Assembly (NCBI GenBank): GCA_012026655.1
Contig: JAAILG010000781.1
Span: 1 to 64,000 of the forward strand
Direction: 5' to 3'
Length of the DNA stretch: 64,000 nt
From: Hydrolagus affinis
Lineage: Eukaryota
Shown piece after piece: positions 32,918 through 46,341 of this stretch. Under the pieces are notes generated by a model. The model saw only the letters and a program-made list of their open reading frames with translations. It was not told the DNA's origin and made no database searches. A program made the translations under genes and the position numbers. Each line of letters begins with the position of its first letter. Positions within the stretch are counted from its first letter, which is position 1.

Positions 32918-35510
32918 CTTGAAGAAAAAGCCCAATCCAGACTTCTGTTCAGATTCGCTGATCACTTGACTTGTGGAAATGCCTCGATTTTCACACGCCT
33001 CCCCGTCTTCCGGCCCATTCAGTTCAGAGATGTCTACTTCTATGAGGTTTGCCTTGTTTTTAGAGTGTTCCTCAACGGGAATGTTCTCTTTTCCCGAGCA
33101 GTCTGAAGAGTTTATCGATGGATGCTCAGTCTTTTTTGGGGTGCTAATGACTGCCTCGGTGTTAATCTGCTGATAGAAATAATTGTAACTGTCTTTCTGG
33201 GATGTTGAGAGTACAGTTGCTCGCTGGTTACCTTCCTCACACAGTACATCAACTGCAGCATCATCCTTCCTCCTCTCGGTGGTCTGTTCTGCGGGGACCC
33301 GATCAGGTGAGGCTTCCGAAGCCCCGGTACTAACGTGGTCGTCAGAAGCGATAGCCTCAGTCTCTGGCTTGGCCACTTTGCTGCTGGTGAAGGGACGCAA
33401 GTGAGTTAATGCCTCTACACTATGCGTTGGGGTGATGACACGGAAAGTACTCTGCGTTTTGGAATCCCGGGACAGTTTTATGTCCGTTGGCCTTGCCGAG
33501 CGAGCGTTCTTGGCTGGTGTGCTGCGCAATTGCTTCCGCGCGCCTTGTGCTGGACCGCCCCCCATGGACATTGGCGACTCAACAAGATGAGTGATCGGTT
33601 TGGTCTTTTGGTCTGGTGGGGTACAGCTGGCATCTGGCGACGGTGTGGATGGTGCCTGGTCTTTGAACTTCATGAGAAGCTCTTGCTGCTGCGAAAGTTT
33701 ATGCATCTCGTGCTGAAGGTTGCTCAGTGTTTCGTTCAACTTCTCGATGGAACGGCTGTATTCATTCACATCGACATCTCCCAAACCGTCCTCGAGTCCA
33801 CCATTAGGACTCGCCTTGTTCTTCCCAACGTCATACGGTGGCTGCAAGGAATCCTTTAGCCACCGTTGCCTGACTGCTGCTATGCTTTCCTGGATATCGT
33901 TTTCTATAATCTTCTCGTTTACGTCCTTTGTCTCGACTCCTTCCATTTGCTTCGAGTATTCATCCTTGTCCTCTTGGCTTGCAAGAGCATCGTCGGTTCT
34001 GGAGCCCCGAGACACAATGGCTACCGTTTCTTCGGCGTTTGGCCTGTCGGATTCCTTCAAGAAGTGCTCCGGCTTCAGCGGCTTTGGAATTCCCTCATTT
34101 TTTCCCTTTTTGACTATATGCAAGAAGGCTGCTCTACCTAACTTCAGCCGCTGACGGGCAGAAAGCGCCTCCATTTTCTTTTTCTGACCTTCAATCGCTC
34201 TGCGTTTTTCCTCCAGCTGCATGTGAAGCTGCACAAGTTCGGAGGCTAAGAGGTGAGCACTGCCTTTGATCTGCCTATTGGGGCTCTTCTCCCTCCTCTG
34301 TCTCCAGGTTATCATGGGCAGGGGGCAACATTCAGACCCATCGGGAGTGGACTTCTGCGAGCTGCTGGTGCTCGACTTGGTCTCCACGCTGTTGAGCCTT
34401 TGCAGTTTGCGTTCAGCAAAGTTGGTCATTCGGACGCTGGTGCTGGCCAGAGATATGCTGCTGGTCTGGGAGATTGTGCTCAGGCAAGGGCTGGAACGCC
34501 CACTCGCACCTTCCTTGTCCTCGCGTTCCTTCACCCTCATGTCATAGTGTAATTTGCTGGACTCCTCTTCCCCACTGTACCGACTTCTCACTGGGTGGAT
34601 CTCATCCTCAGGAGGCAGATCTCCCTCACCCTCCTCCATATCCAGCATTTCAGAGTCAGAATCCTGCATGTTAAGTGTCCAGGTTGTGTCAGTGGCACTC
34701 GCTTTATTGGTACCTGTGGACTTTGTACCATTGGCTGGTTTACTCGCTGATTCTTCTTCAGGGTCACCAGTGTGGAGGAAGAATCCTCCAGCCTCCCCCT
34801 GGGCTGAAGTGTCAATACTGCTGCTCAGCAAGGGTCTAAAGCCACTTAAGGAGGCCTCTGATGCTTCAGAGTGCTGTAAAGGATCCACAGTATCTGGTTC
34901 AACGCTTTCTGTAAATTCAGAACTGACTATGGGAGTGAAAGTCCTATTAATATCTGCGTCAGCGTTGGCATTCGATGCCTTTTTACGCGCTGAAGGCAAA
35001 AGCCCGTCAGCCGTTCTCCTCGCTGAAGCAGATCTGTGCTTTTCCTCTCCACATTCTTCCCTTTTGTTAACCAGAACCAGGCTTTCCTTGGCCGGTTTCA
35101 AGACCGCAGGCATCAGGGGTTCCAAGAAGAAACTGTCATCTTGATTTGCCGCTTCAAGGTCATTGGGCTGTTTCTTGGGGGACGTCAATGTTGATGTACT
35201 GGCAGCTCTTGATAAAACACTCTGTATCTCTAGATCGGAGTTATTAACCAGACCCTCATCCGACTTGATTATTGCTATTAATTCCTCGTCGTCCTCATCC
35301 TCCATATCCACGTTCCTGAGCAAGGCTTTTCCATTGCTTCTTATTGGGGGCATCAGCTGCGACTGGTGTTTAGGGGTTACGTTGATTACATTGGAAGCTA
35401 AACTGTCTTTGCTGATGGATCTAGCCAAGCTGATGCTATCCCCAGAACTAACATCCGGATCACCGTCAGTTGCATAATGAAGGGCAAATGGTGTAGGCTG
35501 AGACAAGGGT
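32918..35510 (-). CDS. CAMSAP1: CAMSAP1 large central exon (2593 nt; CC1 and CC2)
   Basis: 867-aa ORF with SGDSISLARSISKDSLASN, SGRSSPCLST, LASELVQLHMQLEEKRRAIE...RLKLGRAAFLHIVKKGK and GLGFFFK. Confidence 0.97.
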
Positions 35511-35561
35511 CTGAAAGAGTGGAAAGAAAAATTTTAGACGTGTGCTAAAAACTACTACTAC

Positions 35562-35683
35562 CGTGCGCAATTGGCTGCAGCGTTTCGCCCACAAAATATA
35601 CAGCCAATTCAGTTTACATTGGATTCTGTGAAGTGCTTTGAGACGTGATAAGGTGCTTTATCAAATCAAGGATTATTATTATT
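35562..35683 (+). mobile_element. SINE 3' half next to the acceptor of the CAMSAP1 large exon
   Basis: gtgcgcaattggctgcagcgtttcgcccacaa...gtgaagtgctttgagacgt...caaggattattattatt. Confidence 0.82.
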
Positions 35684-35932
35684 ACAAGGTACGTTGCTGA
35701 TTTATTCACAAGATGTAGGCTAACTTAAATAGTTTAGATGAGGGGCGCAAGAAAAAAAGGTTAAGCGTGAAAATTATGGATAAAGTAAGATGAAGAAGTT
35801 AGCTTCTAACTTTTAACACTGAACTTTTCTGGTTGCAGAAGACATTTTATTGTGTGCGAATTTCAGCATCCTTACATAAAAATAAATATGGATTTTGCGT
35901 TCAGTTGAAATAGTTACTAAATAAGTATTTAC

Positions 35933-36017
35933 CTTGGTTTCTTTTCTTGCCAAGCTAACACCGAGCCTCTTGGCTGTCCGTCAACACGAGTTAAGGAGTT
36001 CGAACGATGACGAGTAT
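35933..36017 (-). CDS. CAMSAP1: CAMSAP1 exon
   Basis: (D)TRHRSNSLTRVDGQPRGSVLAWQEKKP; cttag acceptor, GTAAAT donor. Confidence 0.92.
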
Positions 36018-36443
36018 CTAAGTAGGAAGATAAAACTTCAGCAATATGCCAATATTTTCAAACATTAATTGTAGCCATTTATCGAGTAGGATTACTTTGA
36101 TATAAAATTGTATTTACAGAAGATATTCTCACAATAACATTCGCTATGAATTCTCACGGTAGCATTCAGGCACTGTTGGAAGTTTCTACCCTTTTAGACA
36201 CTTCACGTAACGGTTCCCAATAGCTTAATGGGTAAAAGTACCGTTTGAAATTCTTGTACTTACACAAAAAATTTCAAATCTGTACTAAGGATTGATTTCT
36301 CACCCTCATCATTGAACAAAATAGTCCAGCTAAACATTTAATGCTTCTTTTTGCACTCTTGCTGCTCTCCTCCACAAAGCACCAAAGAATTCTGAATTAA
36401 TTTTGAATCCTTCATCGAACATTTACGCTGCAACGAATCTTAC

Positions 36444-36535
36444 CTGGACTCTCTTCACCGGGCAAAGAAGATTTATACTGTCTTTGTCTCAAAGGCAACA
36501 GTGGATGCGGTGTGTTGAAGGCAGGGCTTCCTTTA
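36444..36535 (-). CDS. CAMSAP1: CAMSAP1 exon
   Basis: KGSPAFNTPHPLLPLRQRQYKSSLPGEESP; ccag acceptor, GTAAGA donor. Confidence 0.9.
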
Positions 36536-36897
36536 CTGGTATCAAAAAAATAAGACCAGGTTACATTAAATATATCAAAAGCTTTTGGATGGATAACATC
36601 TAATAGAATGGGAGAAAACATAATTTGATGTGGAGAAAAAAAATGAGTATTTATTTTCTCCATATCCATTAGATATAAATTAGATATGATATAGATGACC
36701 ATTTCTTTTTATTCAAATAGGTAAAATCCACAAACATGCAACACTGGCTCAGATAGGTTTACCACTGAGCAAATTTAGATAGGATACATTCAGTTAAGAT
36801 TAATATAATTCATAATTCAGACAGGATTATGTAGCTACAAAATACAGCTAATGCAGGATATGGCAAGATGAAGAGAGAGACAGACAGACAGACTTAC

Positions 36898-37069
36898 ACA
36901 AACTCTTCAGGATGCAGGTAATACCTGATTCCAATATCTGCGGTAATCTGGGGAACGGGAGTTTGTGGATCAGAAGGACCATTGGCAGGGCTGACCATAA
37001 AACTGCGCTTCGTCGCATTGGAAATGGGAAGTGGCGGACGAGTGCTCTTTTGTTGCAAGAGACTTTTTG
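36898..37069 (-). CDS. CAMSAP1: CAMSAP1 exon
   Basis: KSLLQQKSTRPPLPISNATKRSFM...RYYLHPEEF; GTAAGT donor. Confidence 0.92.
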
Positions 37070-37380
37070 CTGAATTGAGGATAGATATTAGAATGAATAC
37101 TTTTCAGAGACCTTCCCTCTTGTAACAACAAAAACAATATAGGACCCCCTCACACAGGTTAGCCTCTCAGTAAACTAAATTCTAAACCTAAAATAACAAA
37201 ATTTACATTGAACAGTCACTTTCTGACTTAATCCTGCAAGTGTCTGGCGGGGTTACTATAACTGAGAGAAGTTCAATATATCAATTATTTCAGATTCTTT
37301 TTATTCACCGTAATTAACGAGAAAATGTAAAATTTAAGGAACAAGAAAACAATACGAAGGAGTAAACATCTCTCACTTAC

Positions 37381-37477
37381 CATCTTTCACTTCTTGAACA
37401 TCCCTCGGTTGCACAAAGTCAGGTTTAACAATCTCAAACCACCAGAACAGCTCAGCAATAAACACCATAGCATTAGG
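37381..37477 (-). CDS. CAMSAP1: CAMSAP1 exon (end of CH domain)
   Basis: PNAMVFIAELFWWFEIVKPDFVQPRDVQEVKD; AAG acceptor, GTAAGT donor. Confidence 0.93.
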
Positions 37478-37862
37478 CTTTTTAAAAAAAACAAACAAAC
37501 AAGTCACGTTACACGTGTACACTAGTTGTCACTCTATTGTCTGTAGAGGGTTTGATGAATTATTAACAAAATTCATTGAAGAACATTGGCTATTTGAAAT
37601 ATTATCAAGCAACAATGAAACAGGTTGATTCCAAATTCTGCTTTCTGGATTCCACTGGACTGCTATTCTAATATCCCTGTAAAATTCACTGAGTCACTCC
37701 CTCACTCACAGAGAAACTCAAATGTATGGCTCACTACAGTGGTACATTAATATCAAACGTTGAACAAAAATCTACATTGGAAGGTAGATTCCAATCTACA
37801 TTGAAATCTACTCTGTTTGTAGTGCTGTTAATATTCCTTTCAATAAACAATCCGTTAAGTAC

Positions 37863-38002
37863 CTTCAGAACCAGTGGAGCATAAAGCATATCTTCCAGCG
37901 TGAGATAGAAGCACTTATTCAGATACTGATGAGAAAAATCTATCAGCAGCTGAATGTTGTAAAGACTGTCAGCAATTGAAGTCACTTCCTTCAAACAAAT
38001 AT
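37863..38002 (-). CDS. CAMSAP1: CAMSAP1 exon (CH domain)
   Basis: ICLKEVTSIADSLYNIQLLIDFSHQYLNKCFYLTLEDMLYAPLVLK. Confidence 0.95.
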
Positions 38003-38423
38003 CTGCAAGAAAAATAAATTCAACTTAAATAAGTGTTAAATGTACTGTACCTAATTGTGAGGGAAAATACGTCAACAGTCATGTTAAAAGCTCTATCAAT
38101 AGCTGATAAAAAAAAAATCAGAATTATGTTGAATTTATTCCAGCAGGCCAATTGCTTCCATTTCAGCCAAAGATTTATACTAAAAGTTCACTATAAACGG
38201 GGGACCCAGAGAACTGTGCTTTCAGCACTTTAATTAAGATTAACTATCCTTTTTATGCACACCCATATGTAGCGCTACTTTAAAAGGCAAAGTGGATGTG
38301 GAATTCAAATCTATTACACCGACTGATTTCAGTACATTAAAATTTTAGAATACCATTTGCAGACAGGAAAATGCTTTACAAATGGATGACTTTGCCTATC
38401 ACACAATCGAAACTATTACACAC

Positions 38424-38565
38424 CTTCCAGTTTCATCAACTCTGGGCAGTAGTAATGAATAATTGCCAGAAGTGAACAGCCATCACAGACGTCCCTCATG
38501 AGATCCTCCATTAAAGGGAAAAAAGGCAGCTGCTTGTTTAAGGGATGATCTCTTCGGTAACGCAC
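38424..38565 (-). CDS. CAMSAP1: CAMSAP1 exon (CH domain start; not in the ORF track)
   Basis: VRYRRDHPLNKQLPFFPLMEDLMRDVCDGCSLLAIIHYYCPELMKLE; atcag acceptor, GTGTGT donor. Confidence 0.93.
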
Positions 38566-41500
38566 CTGATAGAAAAATAAATATTAGCCAGCGGATATTG
38601 AAGAAATCAGTATGTGCACACTTCTAAATTCAGAATATTTCATTCTTTCCTGCGTATTAAGATCACTGTGTGGAAGACTAGATCAATCAGCCTAGTGTAA
38701 ACTGATTATCACATTCCTGGACTATGTGGTTTTAATTCAAACAAAGCCTGTTATAATCCTTGCATTTGGATTCTGTTGTATGCCTCCCTCAACAGTTACA
38801 TGAGAACTTTGCTTATTGAAGATCATAAAGCCACAACTCATTTGGAACTTGTTCCGAACTTGCATTTAAATAGAATTTTGAAAGGGCAATTCTTGAATCA
38901 TAGGGGAAAACTAAGTAGGAACATTCACCATCTAGTTCAATGAGTGAAATCTAATGGCAAGAATGGAGGGAAGCAAACCAGGCAACTGAAAATTGCTCAA
39001 TGTGTTTGTCAGAGCCGTTTGTTGGGCAGATGTTGTGCCACAGACAGAAGGGTATTATTCTCTTTATTAAAATAGCACATTTACACTATTATAAACAATG
39101 AGCTGAAGGACTTTCTGCTCGTCCAGCTCATTTTTTCTAGTTCACAATATTTTCTGGACTGGATCCAGCGGACTGGACCTAGAATAATAAACGTTTCTTT
39201 GTTAAAGCTGGCCTCTACAAAATCAAGGGTAATTAAGCAGTTGAATATTCAATTATGTTAAACGTTGATGAAGAGCAAATAATCAGAAGTAATTTTCAAT
39301 AATAGTAATAACTTGTTTCAAGTAGAGATTCATCAAGAAATACAACAATGTGAGATTATATTTTTAAAAAAGCAACAGTTCGAAAAGCACGTACTCTACT
39401 TACAATGTTTCATGTGTAATTTTTTTTAATTGGTTGCATTCTCCCTACCATTTTTCTCTCTTAAAAATCAACATGGCCGTTATCAAATCTGAGAATAAAA
39501 ATAGGGACTGACATTTCATTCCTTTCCTGCAAGGTAAATTACCGTATTATTTCTGGCTCAGTACAATAGCGTTGCCAAATTCCTATTATGTATTTGATTT
39601 ATTGCACATTTTCTCCCCTTGTCTTGGCCCTCACTTCCCAACTCACCATAAAGGGCCTAGGTGACAAAAGCTTGGGAGAAGGCAAAATATTCTTGGCCAT
39701 TCAAGTCAACCAGGTCACAATAAATTACAGTAACAAAGGTGCTTTACATGACAAATGTTTCTAGTTAAAGACAAAATAAGTGGGGAATAATGGATGGCAT
39801 TATCCACCATGTTCCATCAAAAAGAGGCTCCTAAGATTTCCTTGAATATAAAATAAATATTATGTCTCAATTTTATATTTTGTTGCATGTGTAATTGATC
39901 AGTGAATGTTGCTGATATTTGCTTGGAATAGTTTTTAACTGAGTGGGAGTTGAATATCTGCAGTTCAGTAAACAACCTGGATGCGTTAGTCATGTTATTA
40001 TTTCAAGGGTACATGAAGTGGCAATTTCAAGTGGCATATCACTTCCCACTAAGCTAAAAAGCCAACTACTGATTTGCTGGAATGCCAAAAGGCATATACC
40101 TAAACCACGAGCAACTGTTGGAAACCTCAGTAAATCAACTCAAACCTGTACACAATTTTTTTTATAACGTACGATAATTTAGTTGGAAGTTATAATAATT
40201 CTCGCATTTGATAAAGCGCCCCTATCGTGTCTTCGAGGCATCCCAAAGCAATTCACAGAATATACTGTACTATAAAGTGAATTGATTGCGTATTTTCCAG
40301 GCAAAATGTTTATATGCTTCCGTTGGACAAAAATATGGATCCCATCGACCTTTGTGTAGTTAAGTCATGTTTTAGTCAAGTAAACATTTAAATTATACCT
40401 GAAATACCCATGAATCTTAAGAGCACCAATAGATTGAATTTACAGATTGGAATATGTGCTGCCTGTGGAAGTCACCAAACTGTTGAGATGTTTGCAGGCC
40501 TCAATTGCTATGTTGGATAAAAATTGTACTTTTTAAAAAAAAATGCTCTCAGGGTGAGATTGCTACTGGCAAGGCCAACACTTATTGTCCATTCCTAGCT
40601 GCATCAATCAACCCAGTCACATCTATAATGCTGTTCCACCTGTCTTAAATCTTTCATACTTTCATTAGCTGCAAAACCCATCAATCAAATTAGTTTTGAA
40701 CCAGTGAAAAATTACTTTCATGATAAAAGATGCTCCCAGCTTCCAAATGAAGTGAGTTGGGGAAAAAAATAGGAGCAATAAAACAAGCAACAGATCAGAA
40801 ATAGGTGGGAACAGGTTATAACAGGCAGGGGGAAAAGAACAGTAAAAATTACAAAGAATGAATAAGGGGAATATGAATAAGGGGAGTGACAGAAAATAGA
40901 AGAAAACGGTGACAAGTAAAATTTTAATAAATGAAGTTCAGATCCTGTTCTCCATTTTTGTGGTTAATGACCCAGTAATAGCCATCTTGATGTTGTAGCT
41001 TTATGACTTTTGATAATTAGTAATTATACTAATTCTTTTCAGTACCATGAGCTTCAAAACTGCACAACTGGTTGGCCTAGGGAGCCTGCAGATCCATTAT
41101 CAACTGATGATTCAACAGGAGCTTATTACTCCTGCAAGAAAATTTTGATGCTAATACTTTCTAATGCACTAATGTGACTGCAGCAACAATTCTTATGAAC
41201 ATTGTGAAGAAGATTGTGTTTAAATCCAATTCGTCATGACTTTAATGTTAAAACATAAAGCTGCTATTAAGTCTATTGAAATTTGAGATCATCTCTATAA
41301 GCAGGTTAAATTTTAGAAAAGATGCTTCACAGACCATACCAATTTCTTAACATTGCTATACTTTCTACATCAGAGAATGCTAAAAGATTCCAATGCCGAA
41401 TGCACAACGTTATTTTGTTGTTGCTCATGTATAATCCTAAAACTATTGGATTTGTTTCTCTGCTTTTAGCATAGCTCCAGTATTTCCAAAATGTGAAGAA

Positions 41501-41927
41501 AATTTAACTGCAATTAATTTTGCAAAAATTGCACTGGCATATATTGCTCTAACATAATTTAAAAAAAAACTTATAGTTGTATTTTCAGCAATACATTAAT
41601 ATATTTTTCATTATATCTCTTAACTGAACATCTGAGAAATCTGAGAAATGATATGTTTTATTACCATCTATGACAAACACAAACTACATTAACAGTGAGA
41701 ATGGATAAGACAAATGGATGAACAAATCCAGAACAAAACATTTTGATTTGGGGATAAAAGTTTTGTTTTTTCTCAAAAATGAGAGATTTTTTTCCCCAAT
41801 TCATCATTACAGTATTATATAAAGTTAGGCAATAAGTATAATTACTGGATTTAAAAATTTGGGATCTCCAGACAATTTTTTGCCAATAGTTTGCATATTA
41901 TCTATGAAGAGATAAAGCATACTGTAC

Positions 41928-41987
41928 CACCCGAGCATATTCTTCCGGCACCAACATGCAGTGGGCTGTGGCATGCATCAGATCACA
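41928..41987 (-). CDS. CAMSAP1: CAMSAP1 60-nt alternative cassette exon
   Basis: gttag|TGT...GTG|GTACAG; CDLMHATAHCMLVPEEYARV, phase 0-0; resembles the HCML...ARV insert I recall from mammalian CAMSAP1 isoforms. Confidence 0.75.
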
Positions 41988-43599
41988 CTAACATAGGCAG
42001 AAGATAGAAAAGGTGATGAAAGACAGACAGAAAACCATGAGTTTGTTAGAAGGGTATGTCAAAAATTCTCATATTTACCCAATGTAAAATGGTGGCAGTT
42101 TGGATCAGTCACTGATTGCCATATACGTATATAATAAACAGAGACACAAACATAGTTTCTGTTCTTTGGTCTGAGAGAATAGAAACTATATAAATCGTTC
42201 TCCTACCAGACTTTCCATTTCAGTATTTCACAAAGCATCACTCAAGTCCGCAACGTTTATTTACAACCTCACAAACACAGAGTGCCCCAAGCATGTCTAT
42301 GCTATCATGCAAACCATTGCATGCTTTTGAAATTCAAAGTTTATTATGGATCGTGAAGCTAAAGTAGAATATTAATGGGGAACTGCAAAATCTATATATG
42401 TAATAACATTTCTACACTAACTCCGTATTTGGTGGAAGAGGATTAAAAATTACAAAACTGCTGATCTTTTTGTTTGGATTTATTAGGAGGATTTTTGACA
42501 GTTCCTAAAGGTTTCCGTTGAAGTAATGATTCTAAGTCTATAAAAATATAAAGATGGGATAGAAACTGCAAAATGAGGATTAAAACCACAAGCAAATCTG
42601 GCAAAGATAGCATCAAGAGTAATGGGATCCAAAGGCTATAAAGTGAAAATGCATGGTGAAGGATTTACTGAAATGTCCCAACAGATTCATGATGATGCTA
42701 TTCATAAAATGAAACAGAACCACTGATGTCAATGTAATGCCTAAATGTTTGAGGCCAGAAATTTCTGATGTTCTTGCCTTAGGACCATGGTCTTCAAAGT
42801 AGAATTCAATCTTAATTTTGAAGTCTCATTTCCTCACTTTCCAAATTAAGATTTAATTTAAGAACTTGCAAAGATTCTGCAGTTTTCCATTTTAAGAACG
42901 GTCTTAAGCCTGGGACTGAGGAATTTCTTGTCTCTATTTACTCATTACATCCACCAAAGCCTAAGTTCATGCATAAAACCTCACATGGTAACCCCAATAG
43001 CTATTGTCAATAGAAGAGAGCATTTGCAGAGAGCGTTAGCAGTGAGCCTAGCAGGCCACTCCACAGTAGAGCATCAAAACCAAGCCTGACCTCTCTCCAC
43101 CTGGATGCCACTTAAACACACACACAGCAGGAACTAAGAGAAGGTATTCCAGCTTGTGGTATTTTCCCCAATCCCAGAAAAATTTAGCCTTTTCATGCAA
43201 CTCTGGATGAGACCGGCAAACCGGGCACATTCTGGAATAAGCAAGCTCTCAATCCACAAGCTGCAGCTCTACACCAGCACCACCAGACCCAGTGCTACTT
43301 TGGGTACTTTTACACTTCATTTGGTTTTATGTACCTTCATCAACAGCAAGTATTTGCTCTCATAGCAAGTATCTGTTCTACAAGGGTGTCATCATATTTA
43401 AAAAGTTTACGGCATCAAAAATTCTTAAGACTTAAAATCCTAAATTACCTTCTCCAGAAACCAAGCTTACATACTGGTTGTTCTGCTAACAATATTTTAG
43501 GACATCAGAAAATGTTTTGTTCTTTATTGCTCTTCTTTTTGTTAGAAATGGCAGAATGGAGTATGACAGAATAAAAGTAAAGGTTAGTGGCTCACTTAC

Positions 43600-43632
43600 A
43601 GGCACCAGTTTCCAATACCATTTTGAAGGAGA
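43600..43632 (-). CDS. CAMSAP1: CAMSAP1 33-nt alternative small exon
   Basis: gggcag|TCT CCT TCA AAA TGG TAT TGG AAA CTG GTG CCT|GTAAGT = SPSKWYWKLVP, the WYWKLVP insert known from CAMSAP isoforms; phase 0-0. Confidence 0.88.
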
Positions 43633-44744
43633 CTGCCCAAAAAGCAGGGAGAGGAGTTAGAAATCAGAACCATAGGGCAAAGGAGCAAAGCTGGTTAAAA
43701 CATCACTCTGACTAGACACAAAACATGTACAAAACTTCTCTGGTCTAGTAAGTCCGATTGGGACACAGAATTAAATTCTGGCTTTTCAGAATCTGGCCGT
43801 TTTAAAAGAAAGCGAAAACTAATCAGAGGACAGTATAAAGAGTCATTGTAATTAATAGCTCAAATGTGTTATTTTGTTCTGTTATATGAAATTGGTATTT
43901 TTTCTCTGCTGTTCAGCATGCCTGGGGATGAACGCTAAAAATCCAGAAAATAATTTAGTCTGACCTCATACACCATATAACAGTTTACTTTTTTTTTAAA
44001 CTATGGAGTTAAGAAATCGGCTTTCAGTGACAAACCTTTAGAACTGTTCTCCTGAAATAGAGTCGCGGCACTGCTAAGATTGATAAAAGTATTTGTTTCA
44101 GCAAGAAGGCTGAAATAAAAACACATCCAGTATTTCATGTGAAAACTTTGAAATGTTTAAATGGCACATTGCTTTGCCAGGTCAGCTATATTTTCACATT
44201 AACTGGCTTTGACTGGCCAGATCAGTCAAATGTGCAGATTTCTTAACTTCTCATGCAACCAATTTTAAAAAAAAATTAAATAGTGTTTACAATGTTATTC
44301 AGAATAATGAGTACATGCGGGCACAAAGGGAAGGAAGGACTCAGGAAAAATATTCAGTTACCGATCACACTACAGTATTTTACTTTCATCCATGCTGCAT
44401 TTTTTGTATCCACATTGCAATATTAAAAGCACATTCACATTAACAGAGGGCACATTTCACTAGAATGCCAGGATTCAATCCCACAGGCCCTCAATCTATT
44501 CACCCTGAGTTCTCACTGTGCTTTGTGAGGAGTAGCTGAGCAGAACTATTATGGTACCTCCCCACCATGGTCACCTGCCTTTCAAATTAGTTGGGAAAAA
44601 GTTCTTAATACACCTAGCTGTTACAAAGTTATCTTACCGGGAAGCAGGACCACAGACACAAAGAAAGGTCATGGACAAACAAAAAAATCATGGTATTCGT
44701 TACCATATTTTTACCACCGTGCAAATCCGCAACCTATTCATCAT

Positions 44745-44865
44745 ACTGCCGCGTTTCGCCCACAAATATACAGTCAATTCACTTTACAGTATATTCTGTG
44801 AAGCGCTTTGAGACGTTGATAAGAGGTGAAAAGCGCTATATCAAATGCAAGGATTATTATTATTA
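44745..44865 (+). mobile_element. SINE 3' half
   Basis: ctgccgcgtttcgcccacaaatatacagtcaattcactttacag...aaagcgctatatcaaatgcaaggattattattatt. Confidence 0.88.
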
Positions 44866-45804
44866 TATAGGCTTCCGTAGAAAGAATAATCATTGCTAAG
44901 ATACTGAAGGACGCCAGGCTTGCATTAGATAACTAATATGAGCCACTTCCTCTAGAAGGGGAGGAAAAAATAGGGACATTAAAGACTCTATTTAAAGCTC
45001 AAATTAAGACAAAAAACGTTTCTCTTTAATTAAAAACCACTGACTCTCAAACTAAAATGTTCCAAGCAACAAATTTTCTTTTGTTTTCTTTTTAAGAAGA
45101 AATATCACTTCAGGATCAAAGCACGCAGTAAAGCACGCAAACTTATGTAAGCTGGATAGTACTGCAGTGTCATGCCAGGGCTGACGAACGAAATCTAAAG
45201 GGAAACAGACTGGTGGCCATTAATTTATTCCCAATACAGTACTTACATTGACAATTAATATACTAAAATAGAATTCATATTCATGAAGGAAATAATAATA
45301 CTTGCATTTGATAAAATTGCCTAATCATGTCTTCGAGTCGTCTCAAAGTGCTTTGCAGAATATACTGTAAAGTGAACTGACAGTATTGTATATATTGTGG
45401 CCAAATCTAGACTACAAGACTCCACAAAGTAAAGAACACAAGACAGGTTTAGTTGTATTCATTTTAGATGTGTACCAATGAATAATATACCACATTGTGT
45501 TGGTACAAACCTTGCATTAGGCACCTAAAAATATCTCTTATCTTGCTATCTTGATAAGAATAGAGGAGGATGTATAATTTAATGGTCATTTAAAGGTTTG
45601 CAACAAGCATCTCTAGTTTGCTAACTCTGCACCCACAATGAATAAACTCAAATGGCTAGCCGATGAAGACCTGATCTACCAATATGTTACAATTGAAAAG
45701 ATAGTCACAATGGTTTTGTGCATTTAAAAAAAACACTATGGATTGATTGGTGCATAAAGTCAGTCCAGCAGGAATGCAGCCAACTGTTTCGCTATCAAGC
45801 TCTA

Positions 45805-46100
45805 CAACAACAACAACAACATTACATTTCTAGAGTGCCTTTCACGTCGGGAGGACGTCCCAAAGCGCTGAACAAATCAGGTTGGGACCCAAGCAGAGAG
45901 TGGTTGGAATAGGGGGAAGGGGAAGGAGTAGGAGAGGGGGAAGAGTTAGGAGGGGAGCAGAAGGTACGGTCAAAGAGGAGGAAAGGGAGAGGGTGAGGCA
46001 AAGGGATTGCGAAATGGAGTTCCATAGTGTGGGATCAGAGAGGCTGAAAGCCCGACCACCGATGGTAGGGCGGTGGACTCGGAGCAGGCAAGAATCTGCA
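45805..46100 (-). mobile_element. L2-type LINE 3' end
   Basis: (caa)n, acatttctagagtgccttttcacgtcgggaggacgtcccaaagcgct..., then ggagttccatagtgtggg...aggctgaaagcccgaccaccgatggt. Confidence 0.75.
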
Positions 46101-46260
46101 GAGGGTCCCCTGCATTGGCATTATTATTCCAATAAAAAGCTCTAGGATAAATTACTTAAAAAGTGAAGAGAAAACGAGACAAGCAGAGGAGAAGAAATAC
46201 GATCTTTAAAACGCATTTTTCCAAACCTTTAAAATAGCTCAATAAAGCTACTGCACTTAC

Positions 46261-46341
46261 CTTTTGTTGACTTGAACTCTCAAGAAGCTGCTGTTTAAGT
46301 TTCAATTCCCTTTCAGTGATTTCTCTCATTTTCAAGTTCAC
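46261..46341 (-). CDS. CAMSAP1: CAMSAP1 exon
   Basis: VNLKMREITERELKLKQQLLESSSQQK; tttcag acceptor, GTAAGT donor. Confidence 0.94.

Noticed and set aside
33422-35477. Plus-strand ORFs of 100-196 aa
   Set aside because: Antisense shadows of the CAMSAP1 large exon
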